Assembly (NCBI GenBank): GCA_963514005.1
Contig: OY740797.1
Location: forward strand, 24,800,001-24,864,000
Length of the DNA: 64,000 nt
Source of the DNA: Raja brachyura
Taxonomy: Eukaryota
Direction of reading: 5' to 3'
Below, one piece after another: positions 25,201-37,926 of this stretch (within the stretch, counting starts at the first letter, position 1; every line of letters begins with the position of its first letter). The notes under the pieces are model-generated. The model was not told the origin of the DNA. It made no database searches and was given only the letters and a program-made list of their open reading frames with translations. The position numbers and the translations under genes are program-made.

Positions 25201-25772
25201 TTTTTTCTTTCTCCTCTTGTGTCCGCGTGCTTCCCTTTTCTGCTTCCTGCCTCCCATTCTGTCTACTAGCTTTTGCTATTTGCATCCCTCGCCCCAACCA
25301 TTCTAGTTTAAAGTCTCCCCAGTGGCCTTTGCAAATTTCCCCGCCAGGATATTGGTCCCCCTCGGGTTCAAGTGCAACCCATCCTTTCTGTATAGGTCCC
25401 ACCTATCCCAAAAGAAGTCCCAATGATCCAGAAACTTGAATCCCTGCCCTCTGCACCAGTCTTTCAGCCAAGCATTTATCCTCCACCTTGCTCCATTTCT
25501 ACTCTCACTGTCACGTGGCACAGGCAGTAATCCTGAGATTGTTACCTTTTTGGTCCTTTTCCTCAACTCTCCTCCCAAGTCCTTAAATCCTCCCTTCAGG
25601 ACCTCTTCCCTTTTTTTACCTATGTCATTGGTACCTATATGTACCACGACCTCAGGCTCCTCTCCCTCTGATTTGAGGATATCTTGGACACGTTTAGACA
25701 CGTCCAAGACCTTGGCACCAGGGAGGCAGACCACCATCCTGGTCTCCCGACTGCGTCCACAGAATCGCCTAT
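22288..25772 (-). mobile_element. Young CR1 LINE: 3' part of ORF1 (SGNH esterase) and complete ORF2 (APE endonuclease + RT) with one nonsense codon
   Basis: ORF 25303-25737 has VVVHIGTND and DGLHLN; ORF 22907-25402 has NARS, SETW, GDFN, SDH and YADD. TGA at 22907-22909 where the sister copy has AGA; 30-bp in-frame deletion near 23530; (TTATATGG)n tail at ~22288-22325. Confidence 0.95.
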
Positions 25773-27892
25773 CCCCAACAGAAATTACCAGAATCGTTAA
25801 ATGAATCTATTATAACGCTTATACCAATAATAGATAAGGATCTGGATGATCCAGGATCATATAGAGCTACAGCTCTTTTAAACACTGATCAAAAAATACT
25901 AACTAAGATACTAGCACGAAGACTAAGGTCAGTGATCAACAAATGAATTCATCCGGATCAAACAGGATTTATACCAAAACGATATTCTTCATATAACTTG
26001 AGAAGATTATTCAATATTATATATTCGGAAAGAGGTATTAATAAAGACCTAGTAATTATTTCATTAGATGCGGAGAAGGCCTTTGACCAGGTGGACTGCT
26101 CTTATCTGTTTTCGGTCATGGAAACTTTTAAGTTGGGAGAGAATTTTATATCATGGTTATATTATTATATGCTAATCCAACAGCTAGAATATTAACAAAT
26201 CAACATGTTATCAACTAAATTTAATTTATCCGAGGCTGTCGACAAGGTTGTCCTTATCCCCACTATTGTTCGCACTTGCAATTGAACCATTAGCTGAAAG
26301 CGTGAGATTACATCCTGAAATATATGGGTACGAAACTAGAGAAACTGAAAATAAAATCTACATACATTACAACAATATTCTTTTAAAAAATCAAAAGAAA
26401 AAATCAAATATCTTGGAATTCACGTAACAAAAAAATATGATTCTTTATTTAAATCTAATTTCCCACCCTTACTGAATAAACTAAATAAGAATATTTTATA
26501 TTGGAAAACATTACCTATTTCAATGTTAGGTAAAATTAATGCAATAAAAATGATTTTTCTTCCACAAATACTATATCTTTTCCAATTGATACCAATATAC
26601 CTTCCTAAAAACTTTTTTTTAAAACGTTGACTCCATAGTCACCATTTTATCTGGGAATATAAGAGTCATAGAATAAATAAAAAACACTTATGTAAATCAA
26701 AAATAAATGGAGGTCTAGCATTGCCAAATTTTATGTTTTATTACTGGGCAGTTAGTATTAAAAATATGAATTTTTGGCTGGATGAATTAGATACACAACC
26801 AATTGGTTAAAAATGGAAAAAGAAGATTGTTCACCTTTTGACATTAGCTCGATTTTATTTGCCAATGCTAAACTAGGTAAGAAAACCTATAAAGGAAACC
26901 CTATAATAGAGAGTGGGATACATATCTGGAAACAACTTAAGAAAACATTAAAATTGGAATGTATGCCACTAGCTCTCCCCATTGTAAATAATGTTACATT
27001 TAAACCTTCAATGATGGACAAATGTTTTTCACAATGGAAAAACTATGGAATTAATAGGATGGGTGTTCTTTACAGGGAAAACTCCTTTCTTTCATTTCAA
27101 GAATTACAACAAATTTATGGATTACATCCAAAAGATTATTTTAGATATTTACAAATCAGAGACTACGTAAAATCAAACACACAGGAAATTAGAAATAGAA
27201 AGGCAGAAATTTTAGATGAATGTCTAAATAAACATCCAACTACAGAAAAATTGATATCATATATTTATAATATTTTATTAGAAAATGATGTACCAATGAC
27301 AGAAACATATAGGCAATCATGGGAAAAACGAATTAGGTCAAACAATTAGACCGGAAATATGGAATGAAAGTTTACAACATATACACCACTGTTCGTTAAA
27401 TGCTAGACACACTTTGATACAATTTAAAGTACTACATAGATTACATTATTAAAAATCAAAATTACATAGATTTTTTTCAAATATACCAGCCATATGCGAT
27501 AAATGTCAATACTTAGAAGCTAATTAACGCACTCATTCACAAACTGTATAAAAATTACTAACTTTTGGGCAGATATTTTTAAGATAATTTCGAATGTTGT
27601 TAATACAAATTTGCTTCCTGACTCAAAATGAATAATATTAGGAACATTAGAAACAGATCAATTAATAACAATAAATCAAAGAATTTTTATCGATTACAGT
27701 TTAATAATTGGGAAAAAACTATATTGAAATTTTGGAAGGGTCCTACATCCCCCACAATCAAAATGTGGGTCACTGCAATGTCGGAGACACTTCATCTGGA
27801 AAGATTAAGACTTGTCCTTCTGGGCAAGTTGGATCAATTCAGAGGGATATGGTCTCCATTTATTGAATATTTAAAGGGTCAAAATGGTTCCG
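25773..27892 (+). mobile_element. Decayed L1-clade LINE ORF2 (RT to C-terminus), cut by the assembly gap
   Basis: DQTGFI, SLDAEKAFD, RQGCPLSPLLF, KYLG, GGLALPNF and WSPF remnants with many stops; same clade as 1-2010. Confidence 0.9.
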
Positions 27893-28092
27893 NNNNNNNN
27901 NNNNNNNNNNNNNNNNNNNNNNNNNNNNNNNNNNNNNNNNNNNNNNNNNNNNNNNNNNNNNNNNNNNNNNNNNNNNNNNNNNNNNNNNNNNNNNNNNNNN
28001 NNNNNNNNNNNNNNNNNNNNNNNNNNNNNNNNNNNNNNNNNNNNNNNNNNNNNNNNNNNNNNNNNNNNNNNNNNNNNNNNNNNNNNNNNNNN
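27893..28092. other. Assembly gap (200 N)
   Basis: Run of N; the round length suggests a scaffolding gap of unknown true size. Confidence 0.99.
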
Positions 28093-28270
28093 GCACTCCC
28101 GCCATAGTTGACGTTTTCTGATTTCAATCACTATATTCGGTGAGGTCTATTTTACTTGGGAAATATCAAATGCAAACTGGCGTAAATTATGGGTGGGAAT
28201 TCAGGAAATGCCTTGACAGAAAAAAACAGTGATATATCTCAGGACTTTATTGAAGGAATAAACCTCATAC

Positions 28271-28552
28271 CGATTCCAGGAAAACGGTGAGTTTCATTGG
28301 TCGGAAACAGGAGAGTGACGTGAGACACGTGGCAACTATAAACCGATCGGCTATCCACTGCATGCAGGAAGCTGGAAGCAAGGTATAATCCCTCGTCGTT
28401 CCGTATTTTAGTGGTATATATTCCAGAAGTGATTTCTTGGTCATCTTTATACCAGGTAAGTTCACAGTTCTCCGGGAAAAACGGAGCAGTTGTGCAGTTT
28501 AGGACCAGGGAGGGAGTGTTCATCTGTGTAATCTCCAAAGGCGTCGGCGACA
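28271..28552 (-). CDS. Gene B exon 3, C1-set Ig domain
   Basis: Acceptor tattgtctacag, donor G|gtatga. Motifs SPTPL, LNCTTAPFFPENCELTWYKD, GLYLASSFL, YSCHVSHVTL. Confidence 0.95.
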
Positions 28553-31500
28553 CTGTAGACAATATAAGACAAATAAGTTAGTACCCCTATATGTTTATTT
28601 AGAAGACAACAGAATCGCTTTCGAAATGGATAATACCATACCTTCTTGGGCGTTCCTTAAATAGTAAAGTATTTCAGCTACGTTGTTGGAAACATATAGT
28701 ACAATAAACCGCCGTTATAACGCAGTGGGACAGAACCACTATATCTGACGTCACCACCTATCACTTTCCCAAACGCCTTAATTCAGTCCATGCGACGAAT
28801 GGAGAAACTATCCGCATGGACGGCTGAGTCTGGGGAGGAGGGGTGAGCCAAGCCTCTGTGAAATAAAGAACAGAGCATTCGGTCATCTCTCTTTGATAAA
28901 GCTACCTCGCCTCCGAGATTTCCTTGTCATGGGGGGATTCTATTTTTTATTGTGCGACACAGTTTTAGTTTATTATCACGTGTAGCGAGCCACAGTGAAA
29001 TGCTTTTTGTTGAATGTTATTCAATCAGCGAAAATACTACTCATAATTGCAATCAAGCCGTCCATATTGTACAGATTCATGATTACTGGAGTGCGTTTAG
29101 TTCTCTAGTTGGTGATTGGACGATTTTGGGTACATGCTGGGCAAACAACGTTGCTACACCAGACAAAGCAGAGTTCAAGGTGGTACAATCAAATGGAAAA
29201 TTGCGTTAATTAAATCGTAAATTTCGTTATTTTTGTATCATATGTAAAATATGCTGAAAGAGAGAAGCAGGTTTATGTAATCGTGAGAGTCTTGTGATTG
29301 AATTGAACTGAATTACCTTTATTGTCATTCAGACCTTTCGGTCTGAACGAAATTTCATGCCTGCAGTCATACATATATAAAAAAATAACAAAAAAGCACA
29401 CAATAAACACAAATTTAAAATCCACCACAGTGAGTTCACCAAACACCTCCTCACCGCAGCTCCAAAGCCAGGTCGTCACTGGAACGTCACTGGAGCACCG
29501 CAGCCCCGCAGCCAGGTCGCCGCTGGAGCACTGCAGCTCCGAAAGTCAGGTCGCCGCTGAAGCTCCGAAGCCGTGCCGGCTCCGCCATTAGGGCCTCAGC
29601 ACAGACGGAGACGGTGACCGGGGACACGACAAGAAAAGTCGCATCCCCCAGAAGGGAGAGGCTAAAACCCCGTTTCAGAATAATTTGCACGTTTGACATA
29701 ATGTGTAGTATCTAGTGTTACGCGGAAAATAAATAAAGTTTTGAGTGAAAAGGGTAGTTATAGGAGCAACAATAAACAAAACTGGGAAACCGTGGGAAGA
29801 TCCGATCAAGTTTGAAAAAGTTCTGCAGAGTTGTATTTAAGATGAACTTTTTAAAGCAGTCTGATGAATTTTAAGATGATAAACGACGAAGACACCTTAG
29901 TTTTAGTGTACATAATAAAGGTAAAAAGGGAACACGGGTGGCAGGCAGCGGGGTGGGGGGGGGGGGGGGGGGGGGAGGGGGGCAGTTAATTTAGAATGTG
30001 GTGATGCGAGCTTACAGTTGTGTCTTATAATGGAATATATCTAGGGACGTCGAGAATCGACGAAACCAAAACATCAAATTAAGAGAGGAGTAGCATGTAA
30101 AGACCTATATGAAGACTGGTGGATGACTAATATTGTGGCTATATTTGAGAAGGCTGCAAGAAAAATCCTGGGAACTGTAAACCAGTCTGTGGTAGGAAGG
30201 CCACTGGAAAGGATTCAGAGGGATAAAATATGTAAGCATTTGATTAAAAAGGAGCCGATCGAGGAGGGGGGGGGGTGATTTAATAGAATGAAATGTTTAG
30301 CAACAGCCATTACTTAACACCAAATAGGACACCATCTATAAAGGCAAAGGAACGTCACCGTTATGCTCCCGTTCACATAACAAAAGCATTATCTCCACAT
30401 CGGTGGGTAAATCGTTGATCTCCATCCCAAACTGATCTATGCAAATACTCTCACCAGAGAATTTCCGGGGATCTTTCACAAGTAGTGATCGGAAATGTGC
30501 TGGAAGCAGAGCTAATCAAACCGTGAAAAATAAATTAAAAAAACACCTGGTGGAAAGCAACTTAAGCGTTCCAAGAAAGAAAGGATGCTTGGGACTGACA
30601 ACTTCGCTTTCCTGGTGGCGGGCACATTATTGATCTCTCCACTGCGACGCAAACTTATTTTCCTCGGTTATTGTAATTTAATGTGGTGAAATGTTTCGTT
30701 TACAAGGACTTGATTCCACTACTCTGGGTAAAAGGCTATGCATATTACAGATTTATTCCGGTCATGATCAGATACCCCTCAATAAATTCACCCCTTACCC
30801 TCCTGCGCTGCAAAGAATAACGTCCTGGCCAGCTTAGGCTCTCCCAATAGCTCAGAACCTCGCGTGGTGGCAACATCGTCGTAAATCTGCTCTATACCCT
30901 TTCCAGCTTAACTACATCATTCGTAGTTGGAGAGTTGGAGATACAATAGGGGCATCTTAGATATTTTTTAAATAGGCAAATACATGGTATGAAATAATAT
31001 GTCTCACACAGAGCGGAGATTTGTTTAGTTTGGCACCATAATCTACACTGGAATTGTGGGCGGAAGGGCCTACTCATGTTCTATGTTTAGGAGTTGTTGA
31101 ATTGATTTTTGAGCAGTTATAAGTTTCGAAAATGATGGGGTGCTTTAGGTATTTGTCGTGTTCGCAATATATGTCACGGTACTTAAACTGGACAAGGTAT
31201 GGGAGCGTGTCTGTGTGTATTCAGTAGTTGTTGATGTGGGATTGAAATGTGCGGTGGGAAGACCGTACTCAGTTGGGTGAATCTTTCTGGCATATTTCCA
31301 CCCAGAAATCGAGTATGACGCTGACGTGCCATTCGTATTGAAGCTTCTGTTCTCCCACTCGACGCTCTGCTGAGTTCCAATGAAACTCAACGTAAATTCA
31401 CGGATAACGTTTTGATTAATATTCTCAATTTGCAATTTAATCATTTGAATTCTGGTACTACATTTATCTCCTTTGTTTACATATTTTGTGACGTTGCATT

Positions 31501-32857
31501 TTTCTCAGATTTTCCCCCGTTTATAATGTAATTTTTGGGTCTTTCACCCACATTAATGCGCCATAACGCACCCCACCTATTCTTCCTGGCTATACCTCTG
31601 AATTTCTTCAACAATTTTCATCGTGAACTTTTGTTAGTTCCGCTATAACGTTCTCGGCGGAAGCTAATTTCTGTAGTCGCAGATATGTTGTGACTCGTAT
31701 TTTATCATTCATTTTCTTTCAAACTATGATTTCCTAAAATCACGATAGAATAGTCTTATACACAGGTTTGCGGTTAGAATATTTCATGCTCACTATTCAC
31801 CAAATGTTTCGTCTAACAGCATACGTTTTGTTAACATTTACTAGTGGGACTAGAAATAGCTACACAAATGATCAAACATGGATATTCTGCAACAAAGAGC
31901 TCAATTCGCGATCCCCCAAGAATGCTCCATCATCTGGATATCACAGGTCTCGACTCTATCGCAATGTTTTTCTGACTAAACGACTGCAGAATATGATGGT
32001 TTACATTTAATTGACTAATATCTGCAATCTTAATCTATACTCCTTTCGCTGGATGCAGTTGAGGGCTCCCTTCGAAAATTAACCCTACACATAAAAATGA
32101 TAACTAAATGGTATGAAATATTGATTGTCCAAAGATCTCATGGTCCAACAATCATGAAAAACCAATTACTTAAATCGTTAGAGCAAAACACCTAGTACAG
32201 ATTGAGAAAAGGTCCGTTTATTGCTACTTTATATCTCTGTTGCACACCATATTTCTTTTTGTATTGTGATTCGAATCAACAAGTAAGACTCACCGTGTAC
32301 AATAATCCTCGTGCCATTGCTTTTGGAACTCTTTCCTTTCCAGCCTCTCACACTGCAATAATAGATCCCGGAGTCACGGAAGCTCACGTCTAACAGATGT
32401 AATTCGGCAGATCCCTTCGGGACATTGTTCATAGTCATCCTCCTGTATGCGGTGGGATCCAAAGTCTCTTCTTGACCGCCTCTCTTCCAGTATACATCCA
32501 CCAGTGCGATCTGACCGAAGATTGGGAAAGTACAGTATAGGGATACATTTTCACCTTTCACTTTCGTTACCTTTTCTGGAATCAGACGCACCCTGAACGA
32601 AGAGGCCCCAACAGTAACTGTCAGAATTAAAAACAAACGTTAAACATGTGAAATGACAATGAACGGATTGATAAAAATCCAAATAGCTGAAATAGCTCGA
32701 CCGAAAAGTAAGAGTTGTCCATCTTATACTTTTCGGGGATTGACCTTTCCCCTGTCATTTTCGTTTAATAGAGAGAAATATATTAACCTGGAAATATATT
32801 AATCATGCGCAGGATCGAGAGACACAGCAGCACGGCAAACATAAACATTCTGAACAT
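28271..32857 (-). CDS. Gene B: non-rearranging VJ-C1 IgSF receptor, 3'-partial (TM/cytoplasmic exons not found)
   Basis: Exons 32857-32788 (leader), 32617-32294 (VJ) and 28552-28271 (C1); GT-AG phase-1 introns, open frame. Confidence 0.85.
29296..29680 (-). mobile_element. Short non-coding retroposon with a LINE-like 3' tail
   Basis: Plus strand begins with (AATTG)-like repeats and tttattgtcatt-[hairpin ttcagacc-tttc-ggtctgaa]-cgaaatttcatg, like the tail of the Rex1-like LINE at ~53876-53945; GC-rich internal repeats. Confidence 0.55.
32294..32617 (-). CDS. Gene B exon 2, V-set Ig domain with J-like strand
   Basis: Acceptor ttttaattctgacag, donor G|gtgagt. Motifs GENVSLYCTFPI, VYWKRG, SAELHLLDV..DSGIYYC, SNGTRIIVH. 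Confidence 0.95.
32788..32857 (-). CDS. Gene B exon 1, signal peptide MFRMFMFAVLLCLSILRMINIFP
   Basis: ATG at 32857, hydrophobic core, phase-1 donor CAG|gttaat, 170-bp intron to the V exon. Confidence 0.7.
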
Positions 32858-32969
32858 AGGCAGTGAAATTCAACGATGTTTGCTCTCTGACAGCGAGTTA
32901 AGCAGTGAAGCTTGTTGGCGACCGTCCTGCAGCAATACCTCGTGGCCCGAATGGTTCTGTTTCACATTT

Positions 32970-32977
32970 TGACGTCA
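32970..32977. promoter_or_regulatory. Perfect CRE palindrome TGACGTCA about 110 bp upstream of the gene B ATG
   Basis: Direct reading. Position fits a proximal promoter, but the 8-mer also occurs elsewhere in the window (e.g. 13501, 28746). Confidence 0.3.
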
Positions 32978-35900
32978 TAGCGCTGAGAAGCACATTCAAT
33001 GTCGCGGAGGACACAGACGTTGCAGATATTATCTAGACAATATTCCACATTTTGTGTGGAAAGTTTTCATTACATGCCGCTTCGCTTATGTCACAAACCC
33101 GGTTAACTTTTACATATGCTTTTTATGATATGGCCAATGGAAAGTAGAATATCAAAGTAACGCAAAGAGAAATACATCAATAGGATTCGTGGAACGTGTC
33201 GAAAGGAAATGCCACGCCAGTCAAATCTAAGAGCGTTACGATACTGCAGCAGTTAGAATGGGAGAGGAAAACCAACGCGTAGAACAAATAATCATGTGTT
33301 GTACATTATCTCTGCCGTGGGAAAAGGACAAATAAGACGTATGGATATGCCGTTGACACAGGGGATAAAGGAAAATAAATACTTTCAAATCCTATGTTAC
33401 TAAATAATTTAGAATTTAGAGAATATGGAAACAGTCCCATCGGAGCACCTAATCCACACCAACCATCGATCTTCCCTTCACACCAGTTCCATGTTATCAC
33501 ACTTTCTCACCCACTACCTGCACGTTAAGGGCAAATTTCAGCAGCCAACAAAGCAACAAGTCTTTGGGATGTAGGAAGAAATCAGAGCACACGTAAAAAA
33601 TCCACGTGGTTACAAGGAGAAATTGCAAATTCCACACAGACAGCACCGAACGCGGTTAGGATGGAACGAGGATGTCCGCCAATGTGAGGCAGCATCTCGA
33701 CCAGTTACCACCATTGAAGAGGTGTATGCGCCCAAGCATTGATGAATTACAATAAGCTGGTCTTCTATGTTGTTTAAGAAGGAACTGCAGATGCTGGAAA
33801 ATCGCAGGTAGACAAAAGTGCTGGAGAAACTCAGCGGGTGCAGCAGCATCTATGGAGCGAATGAAATAGGCAACGTTTCGGGCCGAAACCCTTGTTCGGT
33901 CTTCTATGTTCACAGATTTGTAGAATTGTGATATATATATATATATATTGGATATGATCCTCCGAGGTTCTATAGATTCAGTAATTAATCCAGGATAGTT
34001 CTAAATAGTAAATGTTTAACTTCCGTTTGGTTTCCAATGTTTCTTGGTTAGTTCACGTGGGGATGGGGGGGGGGGGGTGGGGATGGGGGGGGGGGAGGGG
34101 ATCTTGGGAAACATTGTATGAGTCACTTACTTCGTCGGAGATGCGATTTGCATCGTGTCGAATCTCCCCCCCCCCCCCCCCTTTGCGGCCTAACATCCTG
34201 GAGTGGTGCGCCTTTCCTGGACACCGGCCCGGAGCTTCAGCCGCGAGCGCGGCGCGGAGCCGGGGATCCTTTACCGAGGATCGCCAGTAAAAGAGCTCCG
34301 ACCGCGGGGCCTGTGGACTTGAACACCATATAGCCCGCGGTCTCCGGTAAGAAGAGGCCGTCTCGGGAATTCCATGCCGCGGAGTGTTCCAATCCGTGCG
34401 GACTGTGGTGCATGTTCATTTTAAATTTACTTTTTGTGTGTACTGTGCTCTTTTCACTGAATATGGCTGTGTGGTAACTCAAATTTCACTGGACCTTTGT
34501 TAATTAAGTGACAATAAACGCGAACTTGAACTTGAACAGCAAGAGAAAGAGAGGGATAGGATCGCCGCAGAACGAGAAGGTTATATCAAGTGTCATAGCA
34601 AACATGTGCCGCCTTGTAATTCTTGTAGTGCACATCGTGGTGTGTCTGCAAGTGGCTGCAGCTTATTTGGGGTTCCCGCAGACTTTCAATCTTCCGAAAG
34701 CTTTTCAAAATCGGAGCTCAGTGAAAAGAGCACATACAATAGGGATCAGCAGAGACGTGTGAATTGTGACTTGTTTATGATTCGAAAGCAAAACATCGGA
34801 AAAACAGACACTTCTCAATGTGGCAGATCGTGACCAATGAAAATGAAATAATCCTTTATTAAAGAATGAACAGGTGGATTCGGCAAGGTGACCGGTTTTA
34901 GCGTTGCCTTAAAAATATGCGGTGAGTAAGATATCGCGACAGATGAAATACACCGAGGAAATGGCGTGGCAGATGGAGTACCATGAGGGGAAATTGAAAT
35001 TATGCACACCCGTAGACAGACAGTGCACAGGTGCCGATTATATGTTTTAGGGTAAGATATGCGGAAATGTTGATATTCAAAGGTACCTGCAAGTCACCGA
35101 AGTCTATTCATTATTCATTTCCACCAAACAGTGGGGTTCCACAAGCAAGTGGTAAGTTAATGTTAGATACAAACAAAAAGCTGGTAGACAAAAATGCTGG
35201 AGAAACTCAGCGGGTGACGCAGCATCTATGGAGCGAAGGAACAAGGGTCTCGACCCGAAACGTTACCTGTTCCTTCGCTCCATCGATGCTGCCTCACCCG
35301 CTGCGTTTCTCCAGCATTTTTGTCTACCTTCGCTTTTTCCAGCATCAGCGGTGGTTTCTTAAAAACAAAAAGCTGGAGTAACTCGGCGGGACGGGCAGCA
35401 TCTCTGGAGAGAAGGAATAGGTGACGTTTCGGGTCGAGACCCTTCTATAGACTGGTTATAGATAAGGGAAACGAGAGATATAGACGGTGATGTGGAGAGA
35501 TAAAGAACAATGAATGAAAGCTCTGCAAAGCAAGTAAAGATGGTAAAGGAAACAGACCATTGTAAGCTGTTTGTAGGGTGAAAATGAGAAGCTGGTGCGA
35601 CTTGGATGGGGGAGAAATAGAGAGAGAGAGGGAATGCCGGGCTACCCGGAGTGAAATAAATCAATATTCATACCACTGGGCTGCAAGCTGCCCAAGCGAA
35701 ATATCAGAGGCTGTTCCTCCAATTTGTTATTGCTATAGAATTTCAGTACCAGAATGCACTTGCCATCTTACAACAACCTACGGCCTAGTTGAGTCCACAT
35801 CCGGCCTAATTTGTTACAATTTAGTCTATTTACTCCAAAAGTGAACACTTCCTTTAATAGTGCTACGAGGAAGATTCGCCAGATCATCGTGAGATTGCGG

Positions 35901-36009
35901 GGATATCATGACAGGAAGAACGTGGTTGGAAATATAGCTTTCTGTAGGATTTTGGAAGGTTCGCAGAGTCGTGCAGCACGCGAACAGGCCTGTAATAGTG
36001 GTATAGAGT

Positions 36010-36850
36010 CATAGAGCACGGGAAATAGGCCCTTCGGCCCAATTCGTCCACGTTGATCAAGATGCTAATCTAAGATCGCCACATTTACCCGCCTTTTGCC
36101 CAAAATCCTCTGCACTATCCTATTCATGTAGCTATCTACTTGTCATTTAAATGCTGTTATTATACCTGCCCCAACTATCTCCTCTGGTAGCTCGCTTCAT
36201 ACACCCACCTCCATCTGAGTGGAAAAGTTTCCCCTCAGGTTCCTATTAAAGCTTTCCCTCTCACTATAAACCTTTGGCCTCTGCTTCTTGATTCACACAG
36301 CCTGGATAAATGACGGAGCATTCAATCTATCTATTCCTCTCATGATGTTATACACACCCAGAATATCACCCTCGGCCTCCTGTGGTCCTAGTCCGCCCAA
36401 CCTTACCCCATTGCTCAGGCCCTCCAGTCTTGATAACATCCGGAAAACTTCTCTATTCACTATTTCCAGCATAATGACATCCTTCCTGACGCAGGGTGAC
36501 CAAAAGTAGAAACAATATTCAAAATGTGACCTCACCATCGTCTCCTCCGACTTTACCATAACACAAATTATGGACTGAATACGTTGACAACTGAATGAAA
36601 ATATGCCAAAAGCTTTCCTTACTAATGCATCTGCATGTGACGTCATGTACAAGTAACGATGTATCCGCATGCCTCTTTCCCTCTGCTCTATAACTTCCCC
36701 TAGCTTCACTGTAAATGTCCTGCCCTGGGGTAATCTCCCAAAATGCAACAACTCGCAATTGTTTGCATTAAGCTTCATTGGCTATCCCTCAATCCATGTG
36801 CCCAACTAATCAAGATCCTGATGTAATTTTTGATGACCGTCTTCACTGAT
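36010..36850 (-). mobile_element. Old degenerate CR1 fragment
   Basis: ORF 36293-36778 resembles the CR1 RT C-terminus (NANNCELLHFG, FWSP..RKD, IMRGIDR). Confidence 0.8.
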
Positions 36851-36895
36851 TAGTCTATTTAGTTTAGCGGTACAGCGTGAAAACGGGCCCTTTCG

Positions 36896-37926
36896 TACCA
36901 ATGTTACAACATTTTGAGATTTTAAAAATCAAGTCTGCAATTTATCCCATCACATAAAGCATAAAAGAAGTTTAATTTGACATCTAATTCACTTTCATAT
37001 CTTCAGTATTAAGAAAGTTATGACCATTTTCATACTCGGAAATTAGCATCTTGTTCCCCATTGCCTTTCAATTGACTTAACTCAAAAGCTGTGATCTAGA
37101 ACAGTTAAAAGCCCATAACTTTCTTAAAAATTAAGAGAACTCAATGAAATTTTCAGTTATTATAGAATGCAGCATTCTGAAACAAATATGAAACAATCTT
37201 ACTTGGATGACCTGAAATTAAAGCATATAATTAGTTAGTTATCTAATTGTAGGTAATTACAAAATTCAATGAGTAGATCTAAACATCGATCCATTTCTTA
37301 AGAAAACATAAACTTTTTTTTAATTGCCTAAGTGTCCAAATAACATTCACACAATAATCCACAATATAACATAATTTTTAAATCTCATTTTCATGAATTT
37401 CTGGGCCAAATGGAAGGAATTTAGTGCTTAATGCCTGTAAATTAATGGCCATTTAAATCAACTAGCGAGTGGGTTTTAGTGGAATGCGGTGGATTGGAAC
37501 GTTGCAGTTTACGGTGAAGTCAGTATGAAAAATACAGCCGGTTCATACATTTTATTGGACCCCATTTCGCAACATGGAAATGTGATTAAAGCCTCCCTAA
37601 AAACCAACATTTAATATAAAAATAAACTGTACCTTTTTTTCTCCCCTACGCAAAATCCATCCCGTTGTCGGCGCTCACGGCTTTTGAAGGTGATTTTTAA
37701 ATTATTCTAGTTAATAAATAATCTAGCGTAATTTAAAAATACCTTCATGAATGAAATGTCGGAGCGATTTTTCTTCCGCAATGAAATCGCCCGACATGGA
37801 TCGATTTTTCCAGTCTGCAGAAAAACGGCACTTTTAGCCCGCCCCCCTCTGAAAGGCGACAAAGTCACGCACACGGGGAGCGGCAGAACTGCAGCGCTGC
37901 TCAAGGTAAGTTTTGTAACGTACCCA
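36896..37926. mobile_element. Non-autonomous TIR DNA transposon, copy 1 (internally shorter), inserted into a SINE
   Basis: Ends TACCAATGTTACAACA ... TTTTGTAACGTACCCA; flanks cctttcg / actttcg; colinear with 46227-47970. Confidence 0.75.

Noticed and set aside
27628-28131. ORF-track entries containing long X runs
   Set aside because: Artefacts of translating the N gap.
28991-29460. CACAGTG heptamers (~28991, ~29426) in the gene B V-C1 intron as possible RSS
   Set aside because: No ACAAAAACC-like nonamer at 12 or 23 bp, not adjacent to any V or J segment, and one lies inside a repeat. The V exons already contain their J-like strand.
34604-34762. Signal-peptide-like ORF MCRLVILVVHIVVCLQVAAA as the leader of a fourth gene
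   Set aside because: No phase-1 donor and no V exon found downstream.
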